DNA of 55,894 nucleotides from a virus. Lineage: Duplodnaviria; Caudoviricetes. Positions 9,592 to 20,896 of this stretch are shown here, one piece after another. The notes under the pieces are model-generated. The model worked only from the letters and a program-made list of their open reading frames with translations, was not told the DNA's origin and searched no databases. The translations under genes and the position numbers were made by a program. The DNA lies in IMG/VR virus record IMGVR_UViG_3300030376_000535, positions 1-55,894 of that record; one strand, given 5' to 3'. Numbering within the stretch: position 1 is the first letter of the stretch; every line of letters begins with the position of its first letter.

Positions 9592-10314
9592 ATGGCATAT
9601 GATTACATTGGACTTGTCAATGACGTAAACCGTAGGCTTAATGAGGTAGAGCTAACATCAACTAACTTTCCTACAGCTACTGGCGAATACTCAATGATTA
9701 AAGATGCGGTTAATGCATCTATTCGTTATATTAATCAACACGAATACGAGTGGCCATTTAATCATGTAGAAGAAACAGAGACACTAACTGCAGGTCTTGT
9801 AAGATATGCATCTCCAGCAGACTCTAAAGTAATTGACTTTGATAGTTTTAGAATTAAACGTAATGATACGCTGGGTAATGAAACTAAAAAACTTAGGTTG
9901 CTGTCTTATGAAGAGTACTTAGAAAAATATTCTGATTATGAATATAACACTTCTACTGGAATAAGAGCTTTACCTGAGTTTGTATTTAGAACTCCAGAAG
10001 AAGGTTTTGGTATTGTAGCACCTGCAGATAAAGCTTATGAGTTAGTTTACGAATACTACAGACTTCCTGTAGACTTAGTAAATGCTACTGATGTACCATC
10101 TATACCAGAACAGTTTAGATATGTCCTTGTAAACGGTGCAATGCACTTTGCATATATGTTTAGGGGTGAGTCTCAAGAATCTATGATGATACAACAAAGA
10201 TTTGAGCAAGAAATAAAACAGATGAGGAGCTTGTATATTAACCGTTACGACTATGCTAGATCTACTGTTGTAAACAGAGGTAACGTTTCTTATAATACCA
10301 TTAAGGTTTCCTGA
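9592..10314 (+). CDS. Head-tail adaptor / tail tubular protein A-like
   Basis: WPF and DVPSIPEQF motifs; gene order. Confidence 0.65.
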   Translation: MAYDYIGLVNDVNRRLNEVELTSTNFPTATGEYSMIKDAVNASIRYINQHEYEWPFNHVEETETLTAGLVRYASPADSKVIDFDSFRIKRNDTLGNETKKLRLLSYEEYLEKYSDYEYNTSTGIRALPEFVFRTPEEGFGIVAPADKAYELVYEYYRLPVDLVNATDVPSIPEQFRYVLVNGAMHFAYMFRGESQESMMIQQRFEQEIKQMRSLYINRYDYARSTVVNRGNVSYNTIKVS

Positions 10315-10317
10315 TAA

Positions 10318-12501
10318 ATGCCTACAAATCGTCAAACATATCCCATTGAGTTTCGTGGTGGGCTTATTACAAACATGAGTCCGTTGCAGCAAGGTATTAA
10401 CCAACCTGGATCTGCACGTATTCTCAGAAACTATGAACCTTCTGTTGAGGGTGGTTATCGTAGGATAGAAGGTTACGATAAGTACGATAGCAATATTATT
10501 CCACCTTATGGTGCTCCTGTTGTACATGGTGATAGTCAGTCTGGCACAACTTTAATTGTTGCTAACATCCGTAAATCACCAGAAGCAGGTGATGTTTTTT
10601 CTTTAAGTGGTGGTGCAGTAAATGGTGCAAGTCAAACAGGCACAAGTTTAATTGCCGATGGTTTTGATGTAGCTCCTTCAGCAAATGACACATTTACAAT
10701 TGCTGGTGATACAACTGTATATACGGTTAGTGCAGCAACAGCTTTGTCAGGAACTGAGTCTACACTAACAATTAGTCCTGCTATTACGGTTGCTCCTGCA
10801 GACAATGCAGTGCTTTCTTTTAGATATACAATTTCTGCAGGTGCTGTTACATTTAATGACACTACAAATAGAGCTACATTGACTATTGATCAAACTATGG
10901 TGGTAAACCCATCTAATGGAGACAGCTTAACTTTTATATCTACAACATCTAAATACCTTGCATTAGGTTGTGGTGTGTTTTTAGACAGTGTAATTGTAGC
11001 AAAAAATGAAAGTGTTTATGAGACTACAGGTTCAGGTTATTCTCTAATTAACATACCGTCTTATGGAACTGTACTTGTAAATGGGGCATCACAATCTGGT
11101 AGTAGTTTAGTTGTTGATGGATTAGATGCAACACCACAGATAGGTGATATATTTAAAATTGCAGGTGTAGACTTAATCTACACACTTACAGCAACACCTA
11201 CAGTTACTTCTGGAGGGGCTACATTAGCAATAGACCCTGCACTAGATAGCTCACCTGCAGATAATGCGGCAATAACTTTTTTAAGTACATCACGAGAAAC
11301 TGCTGGTAAAACTAGATTTTCTAGGTATAACTATACTGGAACAGAAAAAATAGCTATCGTAGATGGCACAAATGTCCCAGCCTTATACGATAGGAATATC
11401 TTTACTGCACTAAATGATGCCCCTTCAGATGTAGATGGTGCTGAGTTTGTAGTAAACTTTAAAAACCAGTTATTCTTTGGTAAAAATAATTTATTAACTT
11501 TTACTGCTCCTTATACAGATAATGACTTTACAGCGGCTGCTGGATCTGGTACAATATCTGTGGGAGCAGACATCACTGGTTTAGTGGTATTTAGACAGCA
11601 GCTAATAATATTTACTGAGTCGTCTATTTTTCAATTAACTGGAAACACCATTTCTGATTTTCAGCTTCAACCTATTACAAGAGATATTGGTTGTGTAGAT
11701 GAAGATACAATACAAGAAGTTGGTGGAGATGTTATGTTTCTTGGGCCAGATGGTTTAAGACTTTTAAGTGGTACTGACAGAATTGGTGACTTCGGTTTAG
11801 CTGTCGTATCAAAACCTATACAAAAAGAAACTACAGAGTTTATAACAACAAACACTTCTTTTACAAGTGTTGTTATAAGAGAAAAATCTCAGTATCGTTT
11901 GTTGGGTTATAACACTAACATTACACAAGAAAATGCTCAAGGCATACTTGGCACACAGATGGCAGGTCAAGGTGGCGAAGGGATGGCATGGGCAGAATTA
12001 AGGGGTATTAGGGCATACGTAGCTGATAGTAGATTTTATCAAAATACTGAAACAATTGTTTTTGCTAATGATGATGGCTACTTGTATCAGATGGAAAACG
12101 GAAATAGCTTTGATGGTAATAACATACTAACCACATTTGCTACTCCGTTTATGCCAATTAATGACCCAAGGGTACGTAAGACATTTTATAAAATGTTTTT
12201 GTATACAGACCCACAGGGTAGTGTTTCTTTTGAGACAAGTTTAAAATTAGACTTTGACCAAAAGAACAGCGTACAACCTACACAAATAAGTTTTAATAAC
12301 ACTACAGGACAGGTGGCATTTTATGGACAAGCTACTTTTGGATCAACAGCAGTATTTAGTTCTAAGCTGCAAACACTATTTGAAACGCAATTAATAGGGT
12401 CAGGTTTTGTTGTCTCTCTACAGTACACATCAGATAGCACAGACCCTCCATTTTCACTAGACGCTATCACATTAGAGTACGGCACAAATACAAGAAGGTA
12501 A
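10318..12501 (+). CDS. Tail nozzle / tubular protein B-like with inserted repeated beta modules
   Basis: FRGGL N-terminus, IGCV...GDVMFLGPDGLR; three VNGASQ-type modules. Confidence 0.7.
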   Translation: MPTNRQTYPIEFRGGLITNMSPLQQGINQPGSARILRNYEPSVEGGYRRIEGYDKYDSNIIPPYGAPVVHGDSQSGTTLIVANIRKSPEAGDVFSLSGGAVNGASQTGTSLIADGFDVAPSANDTFTIAGDTTVYTVSAATALSGTESTLTISPAITVAPADNAVLSFRYTISAGAVTFNDTTNRATLTIDQTMVVNPSNGDSLTFISTTSKYLALGCGVFLDSVIVAKNESVYETTGSGYSLINIPSYGTVLVNGASQSGSSLVVDGLDATPQIGDIFKIAGVDLIYTLTATPTVTSGGATLAIDPALDSSPADNAAITFLSTSRETAGKTRFSRYNYTGTEKIAIVDGTNVPALYDRNIFTALNDAPSDVDGAEFVVNFKNQLFFGKNNLLTFTAPYTDNDFTAAAGSGTISVGADITGLVVFRQQLIIFTESSIFQLTGNTISDFQLQPITRDIGCVDEDTIQEVGGDVMFLGPDGLRLLSGTDRIGDFGLAVVSKPIQKETTEFITTNTSFTSVVIREKSQYRLLGYNTNITQENAQGILGTQMAGQGGEGMAWAELRGIRAYVADSRFYQNTETIVFANDDGYLYQMENGNSFDGNNILTTFATPFMPINDPRVRKTFYKMFLYTDPQGSVSFETSLKLDFDQKNSVQPTQISFNNTTGQVAFYGQATFGSTAVFSSKLQTLFETQLIGSGFVVSLQYTSDSTDPPFSLDAITLEYGTNTRR

Positions 12502-12507
12502 ATCATT

Positions 12508-15500
12508 ATGGGAACAGGTTACACCAGAAACGACACAGCAAATAACATTGCTGATGGTAACGTTATAAATGCGGCAGACCTTGACGGTGAATTTGACGCA
12601 GTAGAATCAGCGTTTAATTCGTCTACTGGTCACACACACGATGGCACATCTGCAGAAGGTGCGCCTATTGAGGTAGTTGGTCCTACCCAAGACGTGGTTA
12701 TTACCGCTTCAGTCATGCGGCCTAAGACAGATAATACTGTTGACTTAGGTACAACATCATTAATGTACAAAGACGGATTCTTTGATGGCACGGTAACTAT
12801 GCACAGCCTTGTCGTATATGATGACGAAGGTACAGATGCTACAATTAAACTAGATGGTAACTATCCTGATGGTACTGCCAACGTTGCTTTTGGTTTAACT
12901 GCTCTTGATAGTCTTGATGGTTCATCTCCTGGGGGTAATAACATTGCCCTTGGTAATGCTGCTCTTACTGCTTTAACAACAGGTAGTCACAATATTGCAA
13001 TCGGTTCCTCTGCAGGTGACGCTTTAACAACTGGCGGTAAAAACATTGCAATTGGTTTTGAGGCTCTGTCTACAGAAGATGGTAATGGCAATAACGTAGC
13101 TGTAGGTTATCGTGCATTAAAAACTCAAAATGCAGGTGCAGATGCATACAATACTGCAATAGGTTACGATGCAGGTACTGCTATTACAACAGGTACACAA
13201 AACACTATAATTGGTGGTTTATCAGGAGATGCCTTAACTACTGGTGCAGAAAACGTAGCTATAGGTGTTAATGCACTAACAGCAGAAGATGTTGGTTCTA
13301 GGTCTGTTGCAGTAGGTCATACAGCATTGGCCTCTCAAAACACAGCAGCTTCGGCAAACATCTATAATGTAGCGGTTGGTTACGCTGCAGGCGGGGCAAT
13401 TACAACAGGTGATAAACAAACATTAATTGGTGGTCTTGCAGGTGACGCACTAACAACAGGAAACTTAAATACTGCTGTTGGGTATGGATCACTTAGTTCT
13501 GAAACAACAGGTGACAGAAGTGTTGCTGTTGGTGTTTCTGCTTTGTCATCACAAAATAACACTTCAAACGCAGATGTTTATAACGTAGCTGTTGGCTATA
13601 ACACAGGTGCATCCATCACAACAGGACAAGCAAATACCTTAATCGGTGGTTTAGCTGGTGATGCAACAACTACTGCAGTTAATAACGTAGCTGTTGGATA
13701 CCTCGCACTAAGTGATAATACAACAGGTGCAAATAACACTGCAGTCGGTACAAGTGCATTAGAAAACAATACTACTGCTGACAATAACGTAGCATTTGGT
13801 ATGTCTGCACTTTATGCAAATACTACAGGTACAACTAATACTGCATTAGGTAGACAGGCATTGGCTGCTAATACCACTGCAAACAGCAACACTGCTGTTG
13901 GATACCAAGCTGCAACCTCTAACATAACTGGTGCAAACAACGTTGCTATTGGCTATGTAGCAATGGAGGACAATACCTCTGGAGGCGACAACGTAGCAAT
14001 TGGATATCAGGCACTACCCAACAATACTACGGCAAACAGCAACACAGCCATAGGCTACCGTAGTATGTTTACAAATACAACAGGGTTTTCAAATACTGCT
14101 GTCGGTAACGAATCTTTAAGGTCAAACACTAATGGGGATTACAACGTAGCATTAGGTGAGTTTGCTTTATATGACAACTCTACTGGTGGTCAAAATACTG
14201 CTTTAGGTTCCTACGCACTAAAGTCTAATACTACTGCAAGCAACAATACGGCTGTTGGTTATTCTGCTTTGGAACTTACTACAACTGGATCGGGGCTTAC
14301 AGCGATAGGACATAAAGCACTTGAAGCTAATACTACTGGTACTAATAATACTGCTGTTGGTCTAAGTTCATTAAACGTTAATACCACCGCAGTAAACAAT
14401 ACAGCCGTTGGTTATCAAGCTCTTGTTGCAAATACCACAGGTGATACTAATACAGCACTTGGGTACAATGCAGCAGCAAGTAACACAACAGGAACAAGAA
14501 ATGTTGCGATTGGCTCAGAGGCTCTTGACGCAAACACTACCGCAGCAGGCAACACAGCAGTTGGTTATCAATCTCTTACTGCAAATACCACAGGTTATCA
14601 AAACACGGCAGTCGGACAAGAAAGTTTAGAGTCTAATACAACGGGTCAAGAACTTACGGCTTTTGGTTACAATGCATTGTTAAAAAATACTACGGCTTCA
14701 TACAACACGGCTATTGGTCGTCTGTCTATGAAAGAAAACCTAACTGGTGAGCAAAACACGGCATTGGGTCATACTTCTCTAATCAGCAATACTACGGGTA
14801 ACAACAATACGGCTGTTGGTTTTCGTGCATCTTATGACAATACGACAGGATCAAACACAGTTTCTGTTGGTCGTGAGGCTCTCTATAATAACACTACAGC
14901 AGGAGCACATACAGCTATTGGTTATCAATCAGGGTATACTACAGTAGACAGCACCACATACGGTCTTACTGCAATTGGCTATCAGTCTGCCCACTATACA
15001 ACGTCAGGTACGCAGTCCACGGCTCTTGGTACTCAGGCACTGTATAGCAATACTACAGGCTCAAACGTGGCTGTTGGTAATACTGCTATGTATGCAAACA
15101 CTACTGGTAGTGCAAACACTGGTGTTGGTATGGCTGTTTTGCGTTTCCTTACAACAGGTGACAACAACACAGTAGTAGGACATCAGGCAGGGTATAATAT
15201 TACTACTGGTAACAACAACACAATATTTGGCTTTGAAGCAGGGGATGCTATAACAACAGCTACCTACAATACTGCTATTGGTCGATCAACATTAGGTGCA
15301 ACCACCACTGGTGGATTTAACGTAGCCGTTGGACCGTTTAGTTTGTTAGATAATACAACAGGTACAAAAAATGTTGCAGTTGGATATGATTCATTAGCAA
15401 ACAACACTACCGCAAGTAGTAACACTGCTGTTGGTCATCAGTCAGCACAGGCTAATAGCACTGGTGCTGCTCTTGTAGCTATTGGTACAGAAGCATTATA

Positions 15501-17373
15501 CACTAACACTTCAGGAAGTAATCATGTTGCAATAGGCTATCAAGCTGGTTATAATAACACTACTGGTGCAGCAAATGTATTTATTGGAAGAGAAGCAGGT
15601 CACGATATTACAACAGGTAATAGAAACACTATAGTTGGAACTAATGCAGGTGATAGTGCAACAACGCCAGATGATGCTGTTTTAGTTGGGTACGGTGCAG
15701 GTGGCGGTGCTGTTATGACAGGTCACGACAATGTGGCTGTTGGAGTTAATTCATTATTTTATACTACGTCAGGTGCTACAAATACTGCTGTTGGCAGGGA
15801 AGCCTTGCAAAATAACACTACTGCTGGTGGTAACACTGCTCTTGGTTATGCAGCAGGTAAGACAATTACGACAGGTACAAATAACGTAGCTCTTGGAGAC
15901 AGAGCTATGAATGGAGGTGCTGTCACAGGTAACTTTAACATTGCTATTGGTCGTACTACACAAACATCCCTGACATCAGGCGCACAAAACCATTCTATGG
16001 GTGTTGATAGTTTGGCTACAAACACTGATGGTAGTAACAACGTTGCTATCGGTGCAAGTTCTTTGCGTCTTGGAGCTTCTCCTGACAATAACGTTGCAAT
16101 AGGTGTTAACGCAGGACGTAATGGTACTGCGGCAGGTAGTATTTATATAGGATATCAAGCAGGATATAACCACACATCAAGTTCTTACAATACGCATATT
16201 GGTTATGGTGCAGGGTATAGTACAACTACAGGTAACGGCTTAAACGTAGGTTATGAGGCAGGGTATAGTATTACCACAGGTACTAACAACACTTATGTGG
16301 GTAGATACAGACCAGGATATTCCACAACTACAGGTACTTCAAATACAGGTATTGGAGATCAAGCACTTCGTGATACTACGACTGGCAGTCATAACACGGC
16401 TGTTGGTGCATATGCTCTAGATGCCAATACCACTGCATCATATAATAACGCTTTTGGTAGAAACGCTTTAGGAGCTACCACAACAGGTTACGGTAACGTG
16501 GCAGTTGGTGAGGGTGCAGGGTTAGCTAATACCACAGGTTATGCAAACGTATTTATTGGCAGCTACACAGGTTCAAGTGAAGCAGCAGGTAGACTTAGCA
16601 CAGGAGATCAAAATACTTACATAGGGCAAAGCTCTGGTTCTGCGATGACCAGTGGCAACCACAACACCATCCTTGGACGCTACAACGGCAACCAACATAG
16701 CCTAGACATCCGCACCTCAAGCAACAACATCGTGCTGTCTGATGGGCAAGGTAATCCTAGGATGCGTTTTGGTTCTACTGGTGCAGCAGCTATGGGTGGG
16801 GCTAGTTATGATAGCTCAAAAACTCTAAAAGCAGCAACAGTAGGTACAACCTCAGCCGACTATGTTTTTTATGGTATAGGCACACAAACTGGTGGCAGTG
16901 GTCGTGTACATTATTGGGAGCTACCAAATACAACCAGTGCTTCCGCTTACTTTGTTTATGCACAAAATAGTGGTGGTGGTGTTTTTGCGGTTAGGGGTGA
17001 CGGTGATGTTGAAAACGCAAACAACAGTTATGGTTCTATGTCTGACCAAAAACTAAAAGAAAACATACAAGATGCTTCTTCACAGTGGGATGACATTAAA
17101 GCACTTAGAGTTAGAAAATATAGCTTTATAGCTGATAACTTGGACGCACCCAATCAGCTAGGTGTCATTGCCCAAGAGTTAGAAACGGCTGGAATGTCGG
17201 GGCTAGTTAAAGATAGTCCAGATACAAACATGAAAACAGGTGAAGACTTAGGAACTGTTACAAAAACTGTAAAATACTCAGTTCTCTACATGAAAGCAGT
17301 CAAGGCACTACAAGAAGCAATGGATCGGATTGAAACACTTGAAACCAAAGTAGCGGCTCTTGAAGCCGAATAG
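12508..17373 (+). CDS. Long tail fibre with ~14-aa beta-solenoid repeats and C-terminal peptidase S74-like chaperone
   Basis: Dozens of NTAVGxxALxxNTTG repeats; SDQKLKENI...GVIAQEL...coiled coil. Confidence 0.9.
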   Translation: MGTGYTRNDTANNIADGNVINAADLDGEFDAVESAFNSSTGHTHDGTSAEGAPIEVVGPTQDVVITASVMRPKTDNTVDLGTTSLMYKDGFFDGTVTMHSLVVYDDEGTDATIKLDGNYPDGTANVAFGLTALDSLDGSSPGGNNIALGNAALTALTTGSHNIAIGSSAGDALTTGGKNIAIGFEALSTEDGNGNNVAVGYRALKTQNAGADAYNTAIGYDAGTAITTGTQNTIIGGLSGDALTTGAENVAIGVNALTAEDVGSRSVAVGHTALASQNTAASANIYNVAVGYAAGGAITTGDKQTLIGGLAGDALTTGNLNTAVGYGSLSSETTGDRSVAVGVSALSSQNNTSNADVYNVAVGYNTGASITTGQANTLIGGLAGDATTTAVNNVAVGYLALSDNTTGANNTAVGTSALENNTTADNNVAFGMSALYANTTGTTNTALGRQALAANTTANSNTAVGYQAATSNITGANNVAIGYVAMEDNTSGGDNVAIGYQALPNNTTANSNTAIGYRSMFTNTTGFSNTAVGNESLRSNTNGDYNVALGEFALYDNSTGGQNTALGSYALKSNTTASNNTAVGYSALELTTTGSGLTAIGHKALEANTTGTNNTAVGLSSLNVNTTAVNNTAVGYQALVANTTGDTNTALGYNAAASNTTGTRNVAIGSEALDANTTAAGNTAVGYQSLTANTTGYQNTAVGQESLESNTTGQELTAFGYNALLKNTTASYNTAIGRLSMKENLTGEQNTALGHTSLISNTTGNNNTAVGFRASYDNTTGSNTVSVGREALYNNTTAGAHTAIGYQSGYTTVDSTTYGLTAIGYQSAHYTTSGTQSTALGTQALYSNTTGSNVAVGNTAMYANTTGSANTGVGMAVLRFLTTGDNNTVVGHQAGYNITTGNNNTIFGFEAGDAITTATYNTAIGRSTLGATTTGGFNVAVGPFSLLDNTTGTKNVAVGYDSLANNTTASSNTAVGHQSAQANSTGAALVAIGTEALYTNTSGSNHVAIGYQAGYNNTTGAANVFIGREAGHDITTGNRNTIVGTNAGDSATTPDDAVLVGYGAGGGAVMTGHDNVAVGVNSLFYTTSGATNTAVGREALQNNTTAGGNTALGYAAGKTITTGTNNVALGDRAMNGGAVTGNFNIAIGRTTQTSLTSGAQNHSMGVDSLATNTDGSNNVAIGASSLRLGASPDNNVAIGVNAGRNGTAAGSIYIGYQAGYNHTSSSYNTHIGYGAGYSTTTGNGLNVGYEAGYSITTGTNNTYVGRYRPGYSTTTGTSNTGIGDQALRDTTTGSHNTAVGAYALDANTTASYNNAFGRNALGATTTGYGNVAVGEGAGLANTTGYANVFIGSYTGSSEAAGRLSTGDQNTYIGQSSGSAMTSGNHNTILGRYNGNQHSLDIRTSSNNIVLSDGQGNPRMRFGSTGAAAMGGASYDSSKTLKAATVGTTSADYVFYGIGTQTGGSGRVHYWELPNTTSASAYFVYAQNSGGGVFAVRGDGDVENANNSYGSMSDQKLKENIQDASSQWDDIKALRVRKYSFIADNLDAPNQLGVIAQELETAGMSGLVKDSPDTNMKTGEDLGTVTKTVKYSVLYMKAVKALQEAMDRIETLETKVAALEAE

Positions 17374-17395
17374 TTAGACAGAAAAGGAGAAAGAA

Positions 17396-17623
17396 ATGTC
17401 TGATGAAATAGAACTAACTGCTGAACAAATCGCAGCAAACTACACAGCAATGGGTCACTCTGTTGATCTGCTAAATGCAGGTAAGCCAGAGGACATGGAA
17501 GACGATGAGTGGACTGACACAGTCTCACGCAATGTCGAACACTTACAGCTTATGGTAGCAAAAGACTACTGGACTACAGAAGACATGACAGCAGTAGATA
17601 AAGCTATTGCAGACAACACATAA
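17396..17623 (+). CDS. Putative tail-fibre accessory protein
   Basis: AAGGAG RBS, directly after the fibre. Confidence 0.6.
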   Translation: MSDEIELTAEQIAANYTAMGHSVDLLNAGKPEDMEDDEWTDTVSRNVEHLQLMVAKDYWTTEDMTAVDKAIADNT

Positions 17624-17635
17624 TTGTGTTATACT
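17607..17635 (+). promoter_or_regulatory. sigma70-type promoter
   Basis: TTGCAG-N17-TATACT with TG extension. Confidence 0.5.
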
Positions 17636-17683
17636 AACAATGCACTTTAGGTGCAATCTAAAACAATAAAAAGGAGATAGACA

Positions 17684-17923
17684 ATGGGTAAAAATGAAAA
17701 GACTCCCATCACTATCAATGAAAAAGAATACTTCATTGAAGACCTAACTGATGAACAGAAAGTTATGTTTAATCACGTAGCAGACCTAGATCGTAAGATT
17801 GGTAACGCTGCATTTAACATGGATCAATTGCAAATTGGTCGTGATGCATTTGCAAACATGCTTGTACAATCAGTAGAAGCACCAGTAGATGCAGAAATTG
17901 TAGATGAAGAAGAGGCTGCATAA
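17684..17923 (+). CDS. Hypothetical coiled-coil protein
   Basis: AAGGAG RBS. Confidence 0.75.
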   Translation: MGKNEKTPITINEKEYFIEDLTDEQKVMFNHVADLDRKIGNAAFNMDQLQIGRDAFANMLVQSVEAPVDAEIVDEEEAA

Positions 17924-18106
17924 ATGAAACTTGAGCAAGTCTTTGGTGTTATTGCAATTGGTATACTTAGTTGGGGTGCGCTCCAAATATATCAAATGAA
18001 TGCCAAGGTCTTGCTCATGTCATATAAAGTAGACGAGAACCATAAGATGATAAAACCTATGTGGGAAGATTTCTTGGTTCGTAATTCACAGGTGGCAAAT
18101 AGATAA
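17924..18106 (+). CDS. Small membrane protein
   Basis: N-terminal hydrophobic helix. Confidence 0.6.
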   Translation: MKLEQVFGVIAIGILSWGALQIYQMNAKVLLMSYKVDENHKMIKPMWEDFLVRNSQVANR

Positions 18107-18510
18107 TGGACAGCATGAAACTTCCTATAGCTTTAGTTGCAGCAATGGCTGTACAACTAGCAGGTGCGGTATGGTGGGTGTCTCAACAGGCAGCTACTAT
18201 CAGCAATCTACAGGATACAGTTTCTGTTTTAAATGCCGAAAACAAAGCGTCTGACAAAGTAAATATGCAACGTGACATATTAGCTAACTCAGAAAAAATA
18301 GAAGATATAATTGATTATATAGTAGAACTAGAAGAAGAGGGAGAGGAAACTGCCTCTGAGGTTTGGGACGACATAGAACTAATTTGGGAAGACTTGGATG
18401 GTATGACCAGTTCATTAATGGAAATAGTTAAAGTGCAAGGTCGTATTAAAACTTTGGAAAACACGTTGGAGTACCTCACAAGAACGCCAGCGCATTCAGA
18501 TGCTAGATGA
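18106..18510 (+). CDS. Membrane-anchored coiled-coil protein
   Basis: TM helix then acidic coil; TAATG coupling. Confidence 0.65.
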   Translation: MDSMKLPIALVAAMAVQLAGAVWWVSQQAATISNLQDTVSVLNAENKASDKVNMQRDILANSEKIEDIIDYIVELEEEGEETASEVWDDIELIWEDLDGMTSSLMEIVKVQGRIKTLENTLEYLTRTPAHSDAR

Positions 18511-18968
18511 TAGACCCCGTTACAGCTATTGCAGGAGCCACTGCAGCATACAATGCAATTAAAAAAGGTATATCTGTAGGCAGAGACTTACAGGATATGG
18601 GTGGGCAGCTTTCTCAATGGGCTGGTGCAATGGCAGACTTACAGTTTGCTGAAAAACAACAATCTAAACCCCCTTGGTATAAGGTACTTGGTGGTGGTGT
18701 AGAAGCAGAGGCAATGGAAATATTTGCTGCTCGTAAAAAAGCAGAGTCCATGCGTAAAGAATTAAAAGAATATATATCTGTAATGTATGGTCCATCTCAT
18801 TGGGATGAAATACTTAGAATAGAAGCAGACCTCCGTAAACAGAAAAAAGAACACGAGCATAGGCGCATAGAAATTAAACAGGCAATAATAGAATGGGTTG
18901 CAGGATTAACTTTATTTATTATTGCAGTTGGTTCACTAGTCGGTTTTGTGTACTTAGCGAATAGATAA
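18507..18968 (+). CDS. Membrane protein (MIDPVT-type)
   Basis: C-terminal TM helix; ATGA overlap. Confidence 0.7.
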   Translation: MIDPVTAIAGATAAYNAIKKGISVGRDLQDMGGQLSQWAGAMADLQFAEKQQSKPPWYKVLGGGVEAEAMEIFAARKKAESMRKELKEYISVMYGPSHWDEILRIEADLRKQKKEHEHRRIEIKQAIIEWVAGLTLFIIAVGSLVGFVYLANR

Positions 18969-18981
18969 TTAGGAATAAAGT

Positions 18982-20886
18982 ATGAAACAGAGTACAGCGC
19001 AAAAAGACATAGAGTTAGACGTTATGTATAATATGGCGACTAAGTTTATGAACTACGATGGCCCTAGAACACGTAAGGCCATGCTTCAGTTTGCTAACTC
19101 TAGTCCTGCAATAGCCGCTAAGATGGGTCAATATCAACAAGCTATGAAAGGTATGGCTCAAAAAGAACCTATGAAAATGGATGAGGGTGGTGACACATTT
19201 AGTTACGAAGATGATGTTGTCCCTGCTTTTGGTGCAGCTGTTAAAAAGACAATGGACCCAGTGCAGTCTACTGTTGCAAAAATAACTGAAGACCCTAATC
19301 AAATGATAGGTACTGGTACTGGTCAAGTTACTGGTACTTCTGGTTATACTGCTTCTACTGCTGGAACCACTGCTACAGCCACAGCACCTACTAGTCCAGG
19401 TGCAGCAGGTTATACAGCAACTGGTGCTGCAGGAGCTGTAGGTGCGGAGGTTGATAAACTAGACCCTACAAAATATCAGACGGGTATTGTAACAGATGCT
19501 TATGGTAATGAGATATTAGATCCAAGAGCAACTGTTGATGCAGCTCAAATGAACGAGTCATCTGTAAGTGGTATGAAAGCTGCTCAGGGTGCTGCATATA
19601 TGATGAATAACCCTGTGCAGAGAGAAATTCAGAATGGTGAACTTATCTCTGGTGCTGCTGATGCAGCCAAAGCTGCTGCCTTTGCTGAACAAGTACAAGC
19701 AGCAGATGCCTCTCCCTCAGAACAAGCAACAGTACAAGGTCAACTTGGAAACCTAATGAATGACTTTGAAGGTGGTAAGACACCTGCGTGGGCTGCTGGT
19801 GCTATGCGAGCTGCAATGGGGGCAATGGCTTCTCGTGGACTAGGGGCTTCATCACTAGCTGGACAAGCTGTCGTACAAGCTGCAATGGAATCAGCACTAC
19901 CAATTGCACAAGCTGACGCTGCAACACAAGCAAGATTTGAATCTCAGAACTTGTCAAACCGTCAACAACGTGCTATGCTTGCAGCAGAACAACGTGCTCA
20001 GTTTATTGGCCAAGAATTTAACCAAGAGTTTCAAGCAAGAGTTCAAAACGCTGCTAAGGTTTCTGATGTAGCAAACATGAATTTTACTGCTGAACAACAA
20101 ATTGCCCTTGAAAATGCTCGTGCAGCAAACACAATGAACTTAGCAAACCTAAGTAATAGTCAGGCTATGGTTATGGCAGAGGCTGCTGCCTTGTCGCAAA
20201 TGGACATGGCTAATCTTAGTAATAGGCAACAAGCTGCTGTTAAAAATGCTCAGGCGTTTCTTGAGACAGACTTTAAAAACATGGATCGTATTCAACAGAT
20301 GGATACGTTTAAGACACAGCAAAAACTTGCTGCACTGTTTACTGATCAAGCTGCAGATAATGCTGCAAAACAATTTAATGCTACTAGTGAAAACCAAGTC
20401 AACCAATTCTTTGCAGGTTTAGAAGCACAGTCTTCACAGTTTAATGCATCTCAAAAGAATGCTATGGCTCAGTTTAATGTTAATGCAGAAAATGCATCGA
20501 AGCAATTTAACGCAGATGTAAAAAATCAAAGAGAGCAGTTTAACGCTAAGAACAGTTTACTTGTAGCTCAAGCTAATGCTCAGTGGAGACAAAATATTGC
20601 CACTACAAATACAGCTGCACAAAACCAGTCTAACATGGATTATGCAAAAACCATGAACAACCTTACTGCTAAAAACATAGATGCTGTTTGGCAACGTGAA
20701 CGTGACTTAATGAGCTATAACTTTACCTCCGAAGAAAATGCTAAGACTAGGGCAATGGAACTTATTATGGCAGACAGAGATTTAGCAGCCCTTAAAGATA
20801 AGATTGGTTATCAAGACGATGCAGCTAAAACAGAGTTAGCCTTTAGATTTTTGTTTGGTTCTTCATTCGGTGGGCTATTTGGTTAA
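18982..20886 (+). CDS. Internal virion (ejection) protein
   Basis: Ala/Gln/Asn-rich helical protein with QFNA repeats. Confidence 0.65.
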   Translation: MKQSTAQKDIELDVMYNMATKFMNYDGPRTRKAMLQFANSSPAIAAKMGQYQQAMKGMAQKEPMKMDEGGDTFSYEDDVVPAFGAAVKKTMDPVQSTVAKITEDPNQMIGTGTGQVTGTSGYTASTAGTTATATAPTSPGAAGYTATGAAGAVGAEVDKLDPTKYQTGIVTDAYGNEILDPRATVDAAQMNESSVSGMKAAQGAAYMMNNPVQREIQNGELISGAADAAKAAAFAEQVQAADASPSEQATVQGQLGNLMNDFEGGKTPAWAAGAMRAAMGAMASRGLGASSLAGQAVVQAAMESALPIAQADAATQARFESQNLSNRQQRAMLAAEQRAQFIGQEFNQEFQARVQNAAKVSDVANMNFTAEQQIALENARAANTMNLANLSNSQAMVMAEAAALSQMDMANLSNRQQAAVKNAQAFLETDFKNMDRIQQMDTFKTQQKLAALFTDQAADNAAKQFNATSENQVNQFFAGLEAQSSQFNASQKNAMAQFNVNAENASKQFNADVKNQREQFNAKNSLLVAQANAQWRQNIATTNTAAQNQSNMDYAKTMNNLTAKNIDAVWQRERDLMSYNFTSEENAKTRAMELIMADRDLAALKDKIGYQDDAAKTELAFRFLFGSSFGGLFG

Positions 20887-20896
20887 GGAATAAATA

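Noticed and set aside
12900-16700. Periodic repeats as a CRISPR array or DGR target
   Set aside because: They are codon-degenerate protein repeats; no identical repeats with spacers and no reverse transcriptase gene
17641-17655. TGCAC-N5-GTGCA as an NtrC site
   Set aside because: Two bases shorter than the NtrC consensus; more likely a 5' hairpin
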